From an uncultured Bacillales bacterium (GTDB taxonomy: Bacteria; Bacillota_I; Bacilli_A; RFN20; CAG-826): a stretch of 64,000 nt of DNA. Positions 46,822 through 57,230 of this stretch are shown one piece after another (position 1 is the stretch's first letter; every line of letters starts with the position of its first letter). The stretch spans positions 47,081 through 111,080 of the forward strand of contig CAMKPL010000001.1 in the NCBI GenBank assembly GCA_946414655.1. The letters run 5' to 3'. A program made the translations under genes and the position numbers. The notes under the pieces were generated by a model, which was not told the origin of the DNA, searched no databases, and was given only the letters and a program-made list of their open reading frames with translations.

Positions 46822-47624
46822 AAGTTTTTCACCACCTCTTCTAAAGAAGATCCTTCAATCTTAACGCCTTTTGCTTCAAGCTTGTTTTTTAATAAAACTA
46901 CAAAAGGTATATCTAATCCAATTTCTTGTAATTTCTTTTGGTCTTTTAAAACTTCTGCTGGTTTTCCTTGGAAAACAACTTTTCCATCATTAAAAGCGAT
47001 AACTTCATCAGCTTGATAGGCTTCTTCAATATCATGAGTAATAGAAAGAATTGTCATTCCAGGATTTTCTTTTTTCATTTTGAGAATTGTTTCACGAATT
47101 TCTTTCTTTCCTTTTGGGTCCAACATCGCAGTAGCTTCATCAAAGATAACGATTTCAGGATTCATCGAAAGAACGCCAGCAATTGCTACTCTTTGTTTTT
47201 GCCCACCTGATAAGTTTTCTGGTTCTTTATCCAAGAACTCAACCATATTCACTTTTTTGGCGTATTCGTTAATAATCTCATCCATGTTCTCGCGCTTTAC
47301 GCAACGATTCTCAAGCCCAAAGGCCAAATCATCGCGCACGGTTGCACCAACGAATTGGTTGTCTGGGTTTTGGAAAACAATACCCATTCTATTTCGAAGT
47401 TCGTGAATGGTTTTTCGATTTAAATCAATACCGAATTCTTTAATTGAATTTTCATTTGGTTCAAGAAGACCCATTAAAAGTTTGGCAAATGTAGATTTGC
47501 CTGAACCGTTATGGCCAATAATCGTAACATATTTTCCTGCTTCAATGCTAAAAGAGACGTCGTTTATCGCGACGTCCGTTTCGTTGTATTTGTATGAGAG
47601 ATGATTGATTTCAATGATTTTCAT
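46818..47624 (-). CDS. ecfA1: ECF transporter ATPase EcfA1
   Basis: GHNGSGKST, VFQNPDNQF, LSGGQKQR, FDEAT. Confidence 0.95.
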   Translation of the reverse strand: MKIIEINHLSYKYNETDVAINDVSFSIEAGKYVTIIGHNGSGKSTFAKLLMGLLEPNENSIKEFGIDLNRKTIHELRNRMGIVFQNPDNQFVGATVRDDLAFGLENRCVKRENMDEIINEYAKKVNMVEFLDKEPENLSGGQKQRVAIAGVLSMNPEIVIFDEATAMLDPKGKKEIRETILKMKKENPGMTILSITHDIEEAYQADEVIAFNDGKVVFQGKPAEVLKDQKKLQEIGLDIPFVVLLKNKLEAKGVKIEGSSLEEVVKNL

Positions 47625-48097
47625 TAAAACTCTAGTTTTGGAACTCTTCCTTTGTATTGTCTCGTTTTGACTCCAGCGAGTTCAAGCATTAATGCACTAG
47701 CTTTTGTCTCGGTAGTATTTGCATACTTGTTTTCTAAATAAACAACTTCTTTAATTCCCTTTTGAATAATAGCTTTTGTACATTCATTACATGGGAATAA
47801 AGTGACATAAAGAGTGCAACCTTTTAAAGCAGCTCCATCTCTTGTGTTTAAAATTGCGTTAAATTCAGCGTGACAAACATACAGATATTTCGAATCTAGA
47901 TCAGCACCTTTATTCCAAGATAAGTGGTCTTCGTCACAACCGGTTGGCATACCATTGTATCCGTTTGAAACAATCTTGTGATCCGGATCAACAATACATG
48001 CACCAACTTTAGTGTTTGGGTCTTTACTTCTTTGGGCACTTAAAAGAGCCATACCCATAAAGTATTCGTCCCATGAAATATTTGCTTTGTGTTCCAT
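47624..48097 (-). CDS. dCMP deaminase (ComEB family)
   Basis: SKDPNTKVGA, GYNG, HAEFNAI, TLFPCNEC. Confidence 0.93.
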   Translation of the reverse strand: MEHKANISWDEYFMGMALLSAQRSKDPNTKVGACIVDPDHKIVSNGYNGMPTGCDEDHLSWNKGADLDSKYLYVCHAEFNAILNTRDGAALKGCTLYVTLFPCNECTKAIIQKGIKEVVYLENKYANTTETKASALMLELAGVKTRQYKGRVPKLEF

Positions 48098-48164
48098 AGT
48101 AGTTATTCCTCGAGTTGCGTAAATTATACATTATTTACGCCTAACTACAAATATATTTAATAAA

Positions 48165-48326
48165 TTAAACAACGAAAATGGTAATAATGCAGCCAATCAT
48201 CAACAAAAGTATAATTCCGCAAAAAATCAACCACTTCCAAGGAGCAGAGGTTTTTTCCACTAGTGGCTCGTTTTCGTCAGCAACTTCGAGCTTTGGATAT
48301 TTTTGTCTGGTTTCTTTTTCTTCCAT
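48165..48326 (-). CDS. 53-aa single-TM hypothetical protein
   Basis: Missed by the ORF track; MEEKETRQKYPKLEVADENEPLVEKTSAPWKWLIFCGIILLLMIGCIITIFVV, starting 2 nt after the folT stop. Confidence 0.6.
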   Translation of the reverse strand: MEEKETRQKYPKLEVADENEPLVEKTSAPWKWLIFCGIILLLMIGCIITIFVV

Positions 48327-48327
48327 G

Positions 48328-49086
48328 TCATTTCACCACTTTCTTAAAAAGAACTCCGAGAAGACTTACAACAAATGTATTTAAAGGTATATCAATAAAG
48401 AAAACCACGGCTTGTGAGAAAAACACGAACAAGAAGTCTACTCCAAAGAACAAAACCTTAACAATCGTGTTTAGAATAAGCATCACAATTAATTCAGTAA
48501 CAACACATGCAACAGCAATTGGGTAGGAGTTAATCACATCATCTCCATATTTCTTTTCCAAATGTCTATTAATGAAATAAATCGCAATAACTGTTCCAAT
48601 TGATAACACCCAAGACAAAGAAATAATTAGTGCCTTATGCCAAGTCAAAAATTCATATGTTTTTCCAAACAAAATTATGGATGAATTTAAGCTCATAAAA
48701 ATGGTCACAAAAACACATAAACAACCAAGAATTGCGGTGATTATTGAGAAATAGAAAGTATTTTTCTTAAACATTTTTGCAAGTTTAATAATAAAATATG
48801 GAAGTAAACCAAGAAGGCCATAAACGACGGTAAATAACGGGTTAATTGAGTAGCCCAACGCATTAGGAAAAAGAACAATTCCAAGAATGTCAGAGGCTGC
48901 ACCAACAACCAAACCATATATTGGCCCAATAAAGATTGATGTAAAAATAATTAAGGCTGGTCCAATCGAAATACGAACAAAAGGAATGATAGGAACATTT
49001 TGGATTGATAGTAGTCTTGTGCAAATGATTGTTAAAGCAAGAATAAGAGCTGATAAAGTAATTTGACGAACGACATTATTTTTCAT
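48328..49086 (-). CDS. Folate-family ECF transporter S component (FolT-like)
   Basis: ALILALTII, RISIG......GP..G...G...DILG; coupled to folC. Confidence 0.8.
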   Translation of the reverse strand: MKNNVVRQITLSALILALTIICTRLLSIQNVPIIPFVRISIGPALIIFTSIFIGPIYGLVVGAASDILGIVLFPNALGYSINPLFTVVYGLLGLLPYFIIKLAKMFKKNTFYFSIITAILGCLCVFVTIFMSLNSSIILFGKTYEFLTWHKALIISLSWVLSIGTVIAIYFINRHLEKKYGDDVINSYPIAVACVVTELIVMLILNTIVKVLFFGVDFLFVFFSQAVVFFIDIPLNTFVVSLLGVLFKKVVK

Positions 49087-50299
49087 TTTTCATCGCTCCT
49101 CTCACAAGACCAGCAAAATATAAAGATCCCGTTACAAGAATTAAGTCGTCAGGATATTTTTCTTCTAATTCTTTTATATATCCTACGTAATCGTGGACAA
49201 ATTTGTAGTCACCTAAATATAGAAAATATTCGTCTTCGGTTCTTGCTCTTTTGTGTTCAAATGTTGTTAAAACAACATCATTAGAAATCGAACCGAGCGA
49301 AATTAACATTTGATCAATGTTTTTATCCCTAAATGCAGCAAAGACAACATGAATAGGACGTGTTTCAACTTTTCCTAATGTTTCAATTAAGGATTTCATT
49401 GCTTCAGGATTGTGTGCGCCATCCACCATGACATTCTTTTTAACATATTCGAAACGGCATGGAAGTGGGTTCGCTTTTAATCCTTTTCTAATAGATTCTT
49501 CGCTAACCGCAAATTTGTCTTGGAGCATTTTTACTGCTTCAACGGCTATTGATGCGTTCTTAATTTGATAAGTTGCCGAAGTAGAAAGCTCTAAAGCCTT
49601 GTAAGGACGATAATCAAATGTGACTTTATCTGCTCCAATAACCTCATTGTGATAGTCATCAACAATAACAATATTTGATTCAGTTTCCTTTGCTCTTTGC
49701 CGAATCGCAAACATTGCAGTTTCTTCAAGTTTTCCAAGCAAAACCGGGATATCTCTCTTAATAATTCCTGCTTTATTGTCAGCAATTTCAGAAACTGATT
49801 TACCCAGATAAGCAGTATGTTCAAGAGAAACAGAGGTGATAATTGAAAGACAAGGAATAAAGATGTTTGTGGCATCAATATAGCCACCCATTCCAACCTC
49901 AATAATGGCGATATCAAGATGCAAATTTTTAAAATATGTGAAAGCTAAAACAGTCTGCATTTCGAAGGTAGATAAATCATATTTTTCGAACCCATTTTCT
50001 AGTGAATTAAATAATGATAAATATTCGCTTTCTGAAATCTCTTTTTCATTTGCTTGAATCATCTCAAAAAGTGTTGTTGTAGAGGGAGAAGAAAATAGTC
50101 CAACTTTGTATCCTTGAGCCAAATATATCTCATAGAGATACTTTGCTGTAGAACCCTTCCCATTTGTACCAGTGATGTGGATTGATGGAATATTAAAAAT
50201 AAATCCCGTTTTCTTGAGATATTTATCATAATTTTCTCTTGAATAAGTCGGTACTGCTTTAACTAAAAAATACTTCTCTAATTCAGCGATGCTATTCAT
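49076..50299 (-). CDS. folC: Folylpolyglutamate synthase FolC
   Basis: HITGTNGKGST, EVGMGG..DATN, SLEH..YLG, VDGAHNPEA, VTGSLY; start 50299 overlaps the smpB end. Confidence 0.92.
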   Translation of the reverse strand: MNSIAELEKYFLVKAVPTYSRENYDKYLKKTGFIFNIPSIHITGTNGKGSTAKYLYEIYLAQGYKVGLFSSPSTTTLFEMIQANEKEISESEYLSLFNSLENGFEKYDLSTFEMQTVLAFTYFKNLHLDIAIIEVGMGGYIDATNIFIPCLSIITSVSLEHTAYLGKSVSEIADNKAGIIKRDIPVLLGKLEETAMFAIRQRAKETESNIVIVDDYHNEVIGADKVTFDYRPYKALELSTSATYQIKNASIAVEAVKMLQDKFAVSEESIRKGLKANPLPCRFEYVKKNVMVDGAHNPEAMKSLIETLGKVETRPIHVVFAAFRDKNIDQMLISLGSISNDVVLTTFEHKRARTEDEYFLYLGDYKFVHDYVGYIKELEEKYPDDLILVTGSLYFAGLVRGAMKNEK

Positions 50300-50762
50300 A
50301 GTCTTTTGTAAGTGATTTTTTAGCCTTATCCATCGCTCGTTCATCATCGCGTTTTTTGATGACTTCACGTTTATCAAATTTCTTTTTACCTTTACCCAAG
50401 GCTATCTCGATTTTAAGAATACCTTTTTTCATGTAGACCTTGGTTGGAACAATAGTCATAGCTTTTTCTTTGGCCTTTTGTTCCATTTTGAGAATTTGTT
50501 TTTTATGTAATAAAAGTTTTCTGGTGCGACGTGGTTCGTGGTTGAACATATTGCCTTGTTTATAAGGGGCAATATACATGTTAATGAGATAAGCTTCTTG
50601 GTTACGAATCACAACATAAGTGTCCATCAATGATGCACCATTTTGACGAATCGATTTAATCTCGCTGCCCTTGAGTTCAACACCGCATTCTAAAAAATCT
50701 TCAAGAAAATAGTTGAAGTAGGCTTTGGAATTTTTCGTGATTAAATCGTTGTTGTGATTCAT
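50292..50762 (-). CDS. smpB: SsrA-binding protein
   Basis: GVELKGSEIKSIR, RKLLLHK, LGKGKKKFDKR; start 50762. Confidence 0.97.
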   Translation of the reverse strand: MNHNNDLITKNSKAYFNYFLEDFLECGVELKGSEIKSIRQNGASLMDTYVVIRNQEAYLINMYIAPYKQGNMFNHEPRRTRKLLLHKKQILKMEQKAKEKAMTIVPTKVYMKKGILKIEIALGKGKKKFDKREVIKKRDDERAMDKAKKSLTKDYE

Positions 50763-50900
50763 AAAAATTGCTCCACCATAATCAAGATTATGAACTAAAC
50801 AGTTTAAAAACAAAAGATTTTTTGGTTTGATGTTCACTTGTAAACATCATTTTGATTTCTTTTGTGGAGAAAATATTGTCATTGAATTATACTACATTCA

Positions 50901-52667
50901 ATGGCATTTGAGACATTAACATTTACCGATAAATCCTCAGAGCATTTTTATTACTTTGTTGATCGATTTACTTTATCAACAAAAAGAGATTTGTTTAATG
51001 CGGTCTTTTTTGTGCCAACTGACAATGATGAAGAAGAACCAAAAGTTACTCTAGATATTCCAGAGGACTTAGCTTTATTCCGTTTTAAAGTTCACGTAGA
51101 GAACTATGGAACATATATGTTCTTCTTTGAAAGAGATGCTTTCAACAATGGCAAAGATGAATTTATCGAAAAAGTTAAAAACCTAAAAAATATTCAAAAT
51201 AACGACGCGTTAAAGGTTGAGAAGTTATTAAACAATGTCTGCAAAATGAAACCAGAACTTATCGGCTTCTATGATGAAAGAGAAGACGACATTTCCTTTG
51301 CAGAATTACGTAAACCGTTCTTAAAAGAACACATCAAATGCAAAGTCATTATCTTTAGAAAAATAGAACTTGATCAAGGTTCTCCAAAACCAAAGAAAGA
51401 AAATTCTTTCGTAAATGATATCAAACTCGTTGCTCACGGAACCAAGAAAGCTGCTCATGGCATTAAGGTTGGTGCCATTGCCATAGCAAAGGCTTGTAAA
51501 TGGACTTGGAATAAAGTTCTTAAACCAGCTGGAAGAGGGATTAAAAAAGTTACATTTGCAACAGGACGATTTATTAAGCGTTGTGCTCTCGGGGTAGCTT
51601 CTGCAGCATGTGCGATTGGTAGAGGTTTTGTTTGGTTCTATTACAAGGTAATTAAACCAATTATTTATTCAGTTGCATTGGCGTTTGTCTATATCGGAAG
51701 AGGCCTAAAGAAAGTCTTTGTTCCATTAGGAAAACTTATATCCAAATTCTTTAAATGGCTTGGACGCGGCATTTCAAAAGCGTTCCCAAAATTGCTTCCT
51801 GCCCTTGGTCGATTCTTTAAGAAAGTCGGACACGGAATTAAGGTGGCCGCCATTCATGTTTGGGCGTGGCTCAAACGTTTCGGAATTGTTCTTGGTGGTT
51901 TCTTTAAAGCATTGGGAATTGCCATTTGGAAAGCGATTAAATTCCTGGCAAAATGGGCTTGGATTGGTCTTAAAGCTCTTGGAAGAGTTCTTTGGAAAGG
52001 TCTTAAAATTCTCGGTAAATACCTTTGGATCTTCCTTAAATGGTTGGGTAAATGGCTTGGCCGATTCTTCGTCTGGCTTGGTAAGAAACTCAAAAAGTTC
52101 TTCATTATGGTTGGTCATGGAATTAAGCACCTTCCAAAATATCTTCAATGGAAGAGTGATTATAGTTTCTATGTCATCTTCACCATTCTCTTTGCGTTCG
52201 CACTTCTTTGTGGAAACGTATGGGCGCTTAATGGGGATGGTTTATCCGTATTCTTCTATGTGATGACTGGATTATTCCTTCTTATATGCGTGTACGCTAC
52301 ATATATAGAAAGAAAAGACCACAAAGACTGGAAGATTACAGCAAAGAACACTATCACGCCAAACTTAGCCATATTCCTTGGATTAACAGCTGGTATTATT
52401 AGTTCATATTTCACTGCAAAAGCGATTGTCAAAATACCAGAAGGAAAAACAATCGACTTTGGTCTTGCGTTATGGATCACAATCGGTGCTTCTGCATTTT
52501 TATTAATCCTTCTGAATTTTACACCGTTTATTATTCATAAAGTTAAAGAAAGTCAGGACGCTAAAGAGAAAGCTGAAAAACAAAAACAACCAGCAAAACC
52601 CCAACAAAACACGGAAATTGCTGGAGAAAATAAAGAACTTCAAAACGACGGGGGAGAACATCAATGA
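50901..52667 (+). CDS. Hypothetical membrane protein with a long cationic 11-mer amphipathic repeat and four C-terminal TMs
   Basis: Acidic N-domain; repeats such as LWKGLKILGKY / LWIFLKWLGKW; then hydrophobic helices. Confidence 0.75.
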   Translation: MAFETLTFTDKSSEHFYYFVDRFTLSTKRDLFNAVFFVPTDNDEEEPKVTLDIPEDLALFRFKVHVENYGTYMFFFERDAFNNGKDEFIEKVKNLKNIQNNDALKVEKLLNNVCKMKPELIGFYDEREDDISFAELRKPFLKEHIKCKVIIFRKIELDQGSPKPKKENSFVNDIKLVAHGTKKAAHGIKVGAIAIAKACKWTWNKVLKPAGRGIKKVTFATGRFIKRCALGVASAACAIGRGFVWFYYKVIKPIIYSVALAFVYIGRGLKKVFVPLGKLISKFFKWLGRGISKAFPKLLPALGRFFKKVGHGIKVAAIHVWAWLKRFGIVLGGFFKALGIAIWKAIKFLAKWAWIGLKALGRVLWKGLKILGKYLWIFLKWLGKWLGRFFVWLGKKLKKFFIMVGHGIKHLPKYLQWKSDYSFYVIFTILFAFALLCGNVWALNGDGLSVFFYVMTGLFLLICVYATYIERKDHKDWKITAKNTITPNLAIFLGLTAGIISSYFTAKAIVKIPEGKTIDFGLALWITIGASAFLLILLNFTPFIIHKVKESQDAKEKAEKQKQPAKPQQNTEIAGENKELQNDGGEHQ

Positions 52668-53308
52668 AGAAACTTTTAAAAACATTTTTCCTTGGCATTT
52701 TAGCCGGGTTTGCGATTGGTCTAGGATCATTTGCGTTTGTAATGTGCAAAGCGGCCGGATCACATATTGTCGGCTCATTTGCTTTCTCAATTGGATTACT
52801 CTTAGTTTGTTTCCTTGGGTTAAATCTCTACACAGGCAAAATTGGTTTCGCAATTGATGGACCCAAAGAGAACATTATTAATCTGGCCCCTATCTATGTT
52901 GGAAATATTGTTGGTGCCGTTCTCTCTGGTTATCTCTTCTTCTTTGCAACCAAAAACATCCAAAGTGTGGTTGATTCAATTGATGGGGTTGTTGCTGCAA
53001 GAGTAATTGGATATGCTGATCCATGGTATCGTTGCTTAATTATGTCGTCTCTTTGTGGAATATTTGTCTTCCTTGCAGTCTATGGATATAAGAAATTCCA
53101 AAACCAAGGCATGAAGGCATTCGCCATTATTATGTGCGTGTTTATCTTTGTTGTAACAGGTATGGAACACACAATTGCTAACATGGTTTATTTTTCATTT
53201 GGAAATGCCTGGTCTTGGAATGCTGTATTAAATATCTTGATTACAACCGTTGGTAACTCGCTTGGTGCAATCCTTGCTTATCTATCAATTAAAGTTGTCC
53301 AAAAATAG
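52664..53308 (+). CDS. Formate/nitrite transporter (FNT) family
   Basis: FSIGLLLV....LYTG, YVGNIVGA, CGIFVFLA, EHTIANM, TVGNSLG. Confidence 0.9.
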   Translation: MKKLLKTFFLGILAGFAIGLGSFAFVMCKAAGSHIVGSFAFSIGLLLVCFLGLNLYTGKIGFAIDGPKENIINLAPIYVGNIVGAVLSGYLFFFATKNIQSVVDSIDGVVAARVIGYADPWYRCLIMSSLCGIFVFLAVYGYKKFQNQGMKAFAIIMCVFIFVVTGMEHTIANMVYFSFGNAWSWNAVLNILITTVGNSLGAILAYLSIKVVQK

Positions 53309-53320
53309 CTTAAACTTACA

Positions 53321-53358
53321 AAAAAGAAAAAGAACCGCACGGTTCTTTTCGTTTTCAT
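53321..53358. terminator. Bidirectional terminator
   Basis: AAAAGAACCG-N-CGGTTCTTTT between convergent genes. Confidence 0.8.
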
Positions 53359-53362
53359 TTAT

Positions 53363-56300
53363 TTATTTTACTTTTCTTCGTCGAATAAAGAAGTATCCGC
53401 CTACAGCTGATAGACCAATTATTGAACCGATCACAATAAGAATTGTTCCATTATTCCAAGTTACAGTTTCAAAAACATTTAAGACTGGGTTCTTTGATAT
53501 TACATAGTCATCTGCAGAAGGACTAATTGTTTTGCCTAAGTGAGCAGCCCACGCTAATAAACGTTCTCTCGCTGTTGAAATGACATAGTCATCGCTTGTC
53601 ATAAATGTCACACGACCGTCTTTTGTCATATTTTCAAAATATCCTTTAACTGTAGCAAATTTTGTTGTGCATTGATTATTTGTGTCTTCATACATAATGT
53701 AATTTGCAACAGCTTCAGGAGTATCGCTTCCATAAAATCCTAGAACAATCGAAGAAATATTGCTGTATGAGCTTGATGTAGATTCGTAAGAGATTTTTAC
53801 AAAGTAATAGTTATTAGTATTGAAATTTGCGCTTGATGTTAATGTCCACGATGACCCGTTTGTACTCACATAAATTTTTCCATCGTTTCTAGCACCACTC
53901 TTCTGAGTAAATGATGCCGAGGTTAACTTCTTGCTAAAGGCACTTGTGTTTTGTATTGAACCAATACCTTTTCCAAAAGAAAGGTAATATGTTGAGTTCG
54001 TATTGTAGGCATATGCATTTGTAGTAACGGTAAAAGCTATTCCTCCAATAGTTACATTAGTATTGCTTGCTGTTCCTGAACTTTTAGAAAGATCAGACGA
54101 ACCAAAGTCGGAACTTGAAATTGTTGTGTTTGTATTTGATGGGGCAGCATAAGCGTTTCTTGAGACATTTACATTAAACAAATAATTCTGCCCAAAATAA
54201 CTTATTGATAATTGTTTTTGTGTAGAGGATCCACCGCTATTAGCATCGCTATATTTAAATTGATAACCATCGTTGTTAAATGTGTAATCAGTTACAACTT
54301 CTTGCTTTCCACTAATATGCGTTACGGTAACAGTTAAATCGCTCTTGGAGATAGTTTCTCCTGGATGATAACTTTTGCTCGACGAAACTGAGACGTTTGA
54401 GATAGTGTCTTCGACAATTGTCAGCGTTAAAGTTGTTGTTAAAGGAGTTGCGGATGTACTTAAAGAACCGGTATAGGTAATTGTTAATTGGTTAGAACCA
54501 GCAGAAGAAGAATTAAATCCCGTAATCGAATAATTACTAGAGCTTAATACAGCATCTGGATATTTGCTTGAATCAGTAAATGAAGCAGTAACAGATATCG
54601 AACTTTCATTAAGTTCATCACCAATGTAAATTGTTCCTCCAGAATAAGAAGCACTTAAAGTATCAACTATTTTGTCAGATAAATCTTGAACCTCGTATGT
54701 AACGGAAACCTGATTACACCAGAATGAATTAGCTGTTGATGTTAATGTAATAACTATGTTACCTTCACACTCAAATGAGCCGGAAAACAAGGTGTAAGAT
54801 TTATAAGAGCTTGTAAGATCACTACTTGAGTATGTTGTTTTAGAAAGAGAAATGGAACTACCAGCATTTGTAATAGATACTGTACCAGAACCACTTGAAC
54901 TATTTTTATGAAGTTGGGCTGTAATAGATGTAATAACACAGTCCGAGTACCCTGAAATAGTCCATAACTCGCGCTTGCCACTAGTCATTTGGTCACTACT
55001 GTTTGAACCATTATTATTGTATGAAACAGAACTTCCCTCGGGGTAATCTCCGGCAATTGTGGCAGATGTTTTTGTTGAAACACTAAATGTTGTTGTTCCA
55101 GTTATTGGAGCTGTAATAGTTACAGAGCACGATGCTTGATAGCCGCCATCAACAGTTGTTGCTGTGATTATTGCGCTACCAGCAGAAACCCCAGTTACAA
55201 CGCCATTATTGACGGTTGCTACGCCAGTATTACTACTTGACCAGTTTAAACTCTTATTTGTCGCGTTATTTGGAGAAACAGTTGCGGTTAATGTTTCACT
55301 ACCTCCGACAGTAATCGATGTTGAATTTTTGTTAAGAGTTACGCCGGTTACATGAACAGTTGAGTCTGTTACTGTTATAGCACATGTTCCATTCTTTGTT
55401 CCATCAGCTTGAGAAGTTGCTGTAATAGTTGCATTACCTGTTGCTTTAGCAGTTACGACACCAGTAGATGATACTGTTGCAATACTTGTATTGCTACTGG
55501 ACCAAGTGACTGCTTGAGAAGGATTGTTAGTTCCATGAACGGTTGCACTTAAAGTTCCAGTTTTAGTTCCATTCAGGTCTAAACTTAATGATGACGGTGA
55601 AATACTAACAGAGGAGACGGTTGGAGATGCGGCTGCTTTTGTAACAGTTACATCAATACCTGCATATACCGAATCATCAATAGTAGATGTAATATAAACA
55701 AAATCTTCTCCCTCTCCAATTGCAGTAATCTTTCCAGATGAGCTTACTGAAACAACATTATTCGTTCCGCTATCAGTTGAAAATGTTACAGTTTTATCAA
55801 AAGTTCCAACGCCGTTAACTGTCCAATCCAAATCCAAAGTATCACCAACTTCCAGCTCTAATTCGTCATTAATTACCTCAGGGTTATTAACAACAATATT
55901 TGTTGGCCCGACAGACTCAACACCCAAAAACTTATCAATATTTAATCGACCGTTTCCTGCCCAAGCAGGACTACCGGAAATAGCATCACAAGAAGCATAT
56001 AAGGCGCTTTCAATCTCAGCTGGCGTTGCGCTTGGATTTTGCTGCTTATAAAGAGCGATTGCGGCTGTAACGATTGGAGCAGAGAAAGAAGTCCCACTAT
56101 TTTTTCTATAAGCAGAGCTTGTCACTTTGTCTGCAACATACACTGTTCCAGGTGCAACAAGATCTATTCCATATGTGTTCGAGTAACCAGCTTTTATATA
56201 AGTAGATGATTCAGCAAGTGAACCAACAGAAATTACATGATCATTGTTGGCTGGATATGATGGTTCGCTGGTGTTGTAGTTTCCGGCGGCTGCAACAAGC

Positions 56301-57040
56301 GTAATTCCAGCGTTATAACAGCTATTAATATAGTTTGTTAATTGGGTTGAACAATTTTTTGAAGCAGACATTGTTGATCCGTTGTATGTCACATCGTGTT
56401 CATAGGCCTGGAAGGACATATTAATGACATCTATTCCTTCGGAAATACAATAGCTTAGCGCACTATTAATTGCGGTCCATTCATAACCGTTATTTGTGTT
56501 TGTTACTTTGTAAATATATAACTCAACATTTGGAGCAATACCGGCGCAACCCAAAGCATTAATTTGGCTAGCAATTACAGAAGCCACATTTGTGCCATGA
56601 CCTAATGAATCAACTATTTTAGATTGATAACCCGAACTAAACTGATAATAAAGCCAACCACCAGATGTATTATCAATGGTTCTAGAATTGCCTTGAATAA
56701 TTTGGTTACCATTAGTGTCAGCAAAATCTTCATGCGTGTAGTTAAGACCGCTATCAATAACTGCAACTTTTACGGAATCACCGCGATATTCTTGAGGTGC
56801 ATTATTAAACCCCATTGTAGAGAATGTGTAACTGTTTTGTGTCGAATAATTAGGCTCGTTTGTAATGTCGGTTGAATAATCAGCCGCATAAAACATTGGA
56901 CCTTCCTCACCCGTATCTTCGCAAATAAAAACTCCTCCATCATTATCTGGTTTTGAACTTGATTCAGAAGCAGAACCCATTAAAAGTCCACTTGATAGAA
57001 GCAGAGCAGATATAGCTAAGAGGATCTTATTCTTTTTCAT
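53363..57040 (-). CDS. Cell-surface S8 (subtilisin-like) serine protease with Ig-like repeats and C-terminal TM anchor
   Basis: Signal peptide MKKNK..., triad motifs VAVIDSG / GHGT / SGTSFSAP, Big_2-like repeats (W.SSNT..ATV), terminal TM plus RRRKVK. Confidence 0.9.
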   Translation of the reverse strand: MKKNKILLAISALLLSSGLLMGSASESSSKPDNDGGVFICEDTGEEGPMFYAADYSTDITNEPNYSTQNSYTFSTMGFNNAPQEYRGDSVKVAVIDSGLNYTHEDFADTNGNQIIQGNSRTIDNTSGGWLYYQFSSGYQSKIVDSLGHGTNVASVIASQINALGCAGIAPNVELYIYKVTNTNNGYEWTAINSALSYCISEGIDVINMSFQAYEHDVTYNGSTMSASKNCSTQLTNYINSCYNAGITLVAAAGNYNTSEPSYPANNDHVISVGSLAESSTYIKAGYSNTYGIDLVAPGTVYVADKVTSSAYRKNSGTSFSAPIVTAAIALYKQQNPSATPAEIESALYASCDAISGSPAWAGNGRLNIDKFLGVESVGPTNIVVNNPEVINDELELEVGDTLDLDWTVNGVGTFDKTVTFSTDSGTNNVVSVSSSGKITAIGEGEDFVYITSTIDDSVYAGIDVTVTKAAASPTVSSVSISPSSLSLDLNGTKTGTLSATVHGTNNPSQAVTWSSSNTSIATVSSTGVVTAKATGNATITATSQADGTKNGTCAITVTDSTVHVTGVTLNKNSTSITVGGSETLTATVSPNNATNKSLNWSSSNTGVATVNNGVVTGVSAGSAIITATTVDGGYQASCSVTITAPITGTTTFSVSTKTSATIAGDYPEGSSVSYNNNGSNSSDQMTSGKRELWTISGYSDCVITSITAQLHKNSSSGSGTVSITNAGSSISLSKTTYSSSDLTSSYKSYTLFSGSFECEGNIVITLTSTANSFWCNQVSVTYEVQDLSDKIVDTLSASYSGGTIYIGDELNESSISVTASFTDSSKYPDAVLSSSNYSITGFNSSSAGSNQLTITYTGSLSTSATPLTTTLTLTIVEDTISNVSVSSSKSYHPGETISKSDLTVTVTHISGKQEVVTDYTFNNDGYQFKYSDANSGGSSTQKQLSISYFGQNYLFNVNVSRNAYAAPSNTNTTISSSDFGSSDLSKSSGTASNTNVTIGGIAFTVTTNAYAYNTNSTYYLSFGKGIGSIQNTSAFSKKLTSASFTQKSGARNDGKIYVSTNGSSWTLTSSANFNTNNYYFVKISYESTSSSYSNISSIVLGFYGSDTPEAVANYIMYEDTNNQCTTKFATVKGYFENMTKDGRVTFMTSDDYVISTARERLLAWAAHLGKTISPSADDYVISKNPVLNVFETVTWNNGTILIVIGSIIGLSAVGGYFFIRRRKVK

Positions 57041-57182
57041 GGTTAGCCGCATCAAACTTTATGCTTTTAATATTCTACACACATACACATAAAATTCCCA
57101 CATCGAAAAATTTTGGGATAAAATCCACAAAATGTTTCGTTGGAGTTTTGCTATAAAATCACCTGCAAATCCAAAATAAATT

Positions 57183-57212
57183 AAAAAGAAGCACCTCTGT
57201 GAGATGCTTCTT
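57183..57212 (-). terminator. Terminator after preA
   Basis: AAGAAGCA-N11-TGCTTCTT with T-run on the minus strand. Confidence 0.7.
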
Positions 57213-57230
57213 AAATATTGATAATATCGA

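Noticed and set aside
50901-52667. Phage tape-measure protein
   Set aside because: Shares 11-mer periodicity, but no phage genes nearby, it has four terminal TMs and is coupled to an FNT channel
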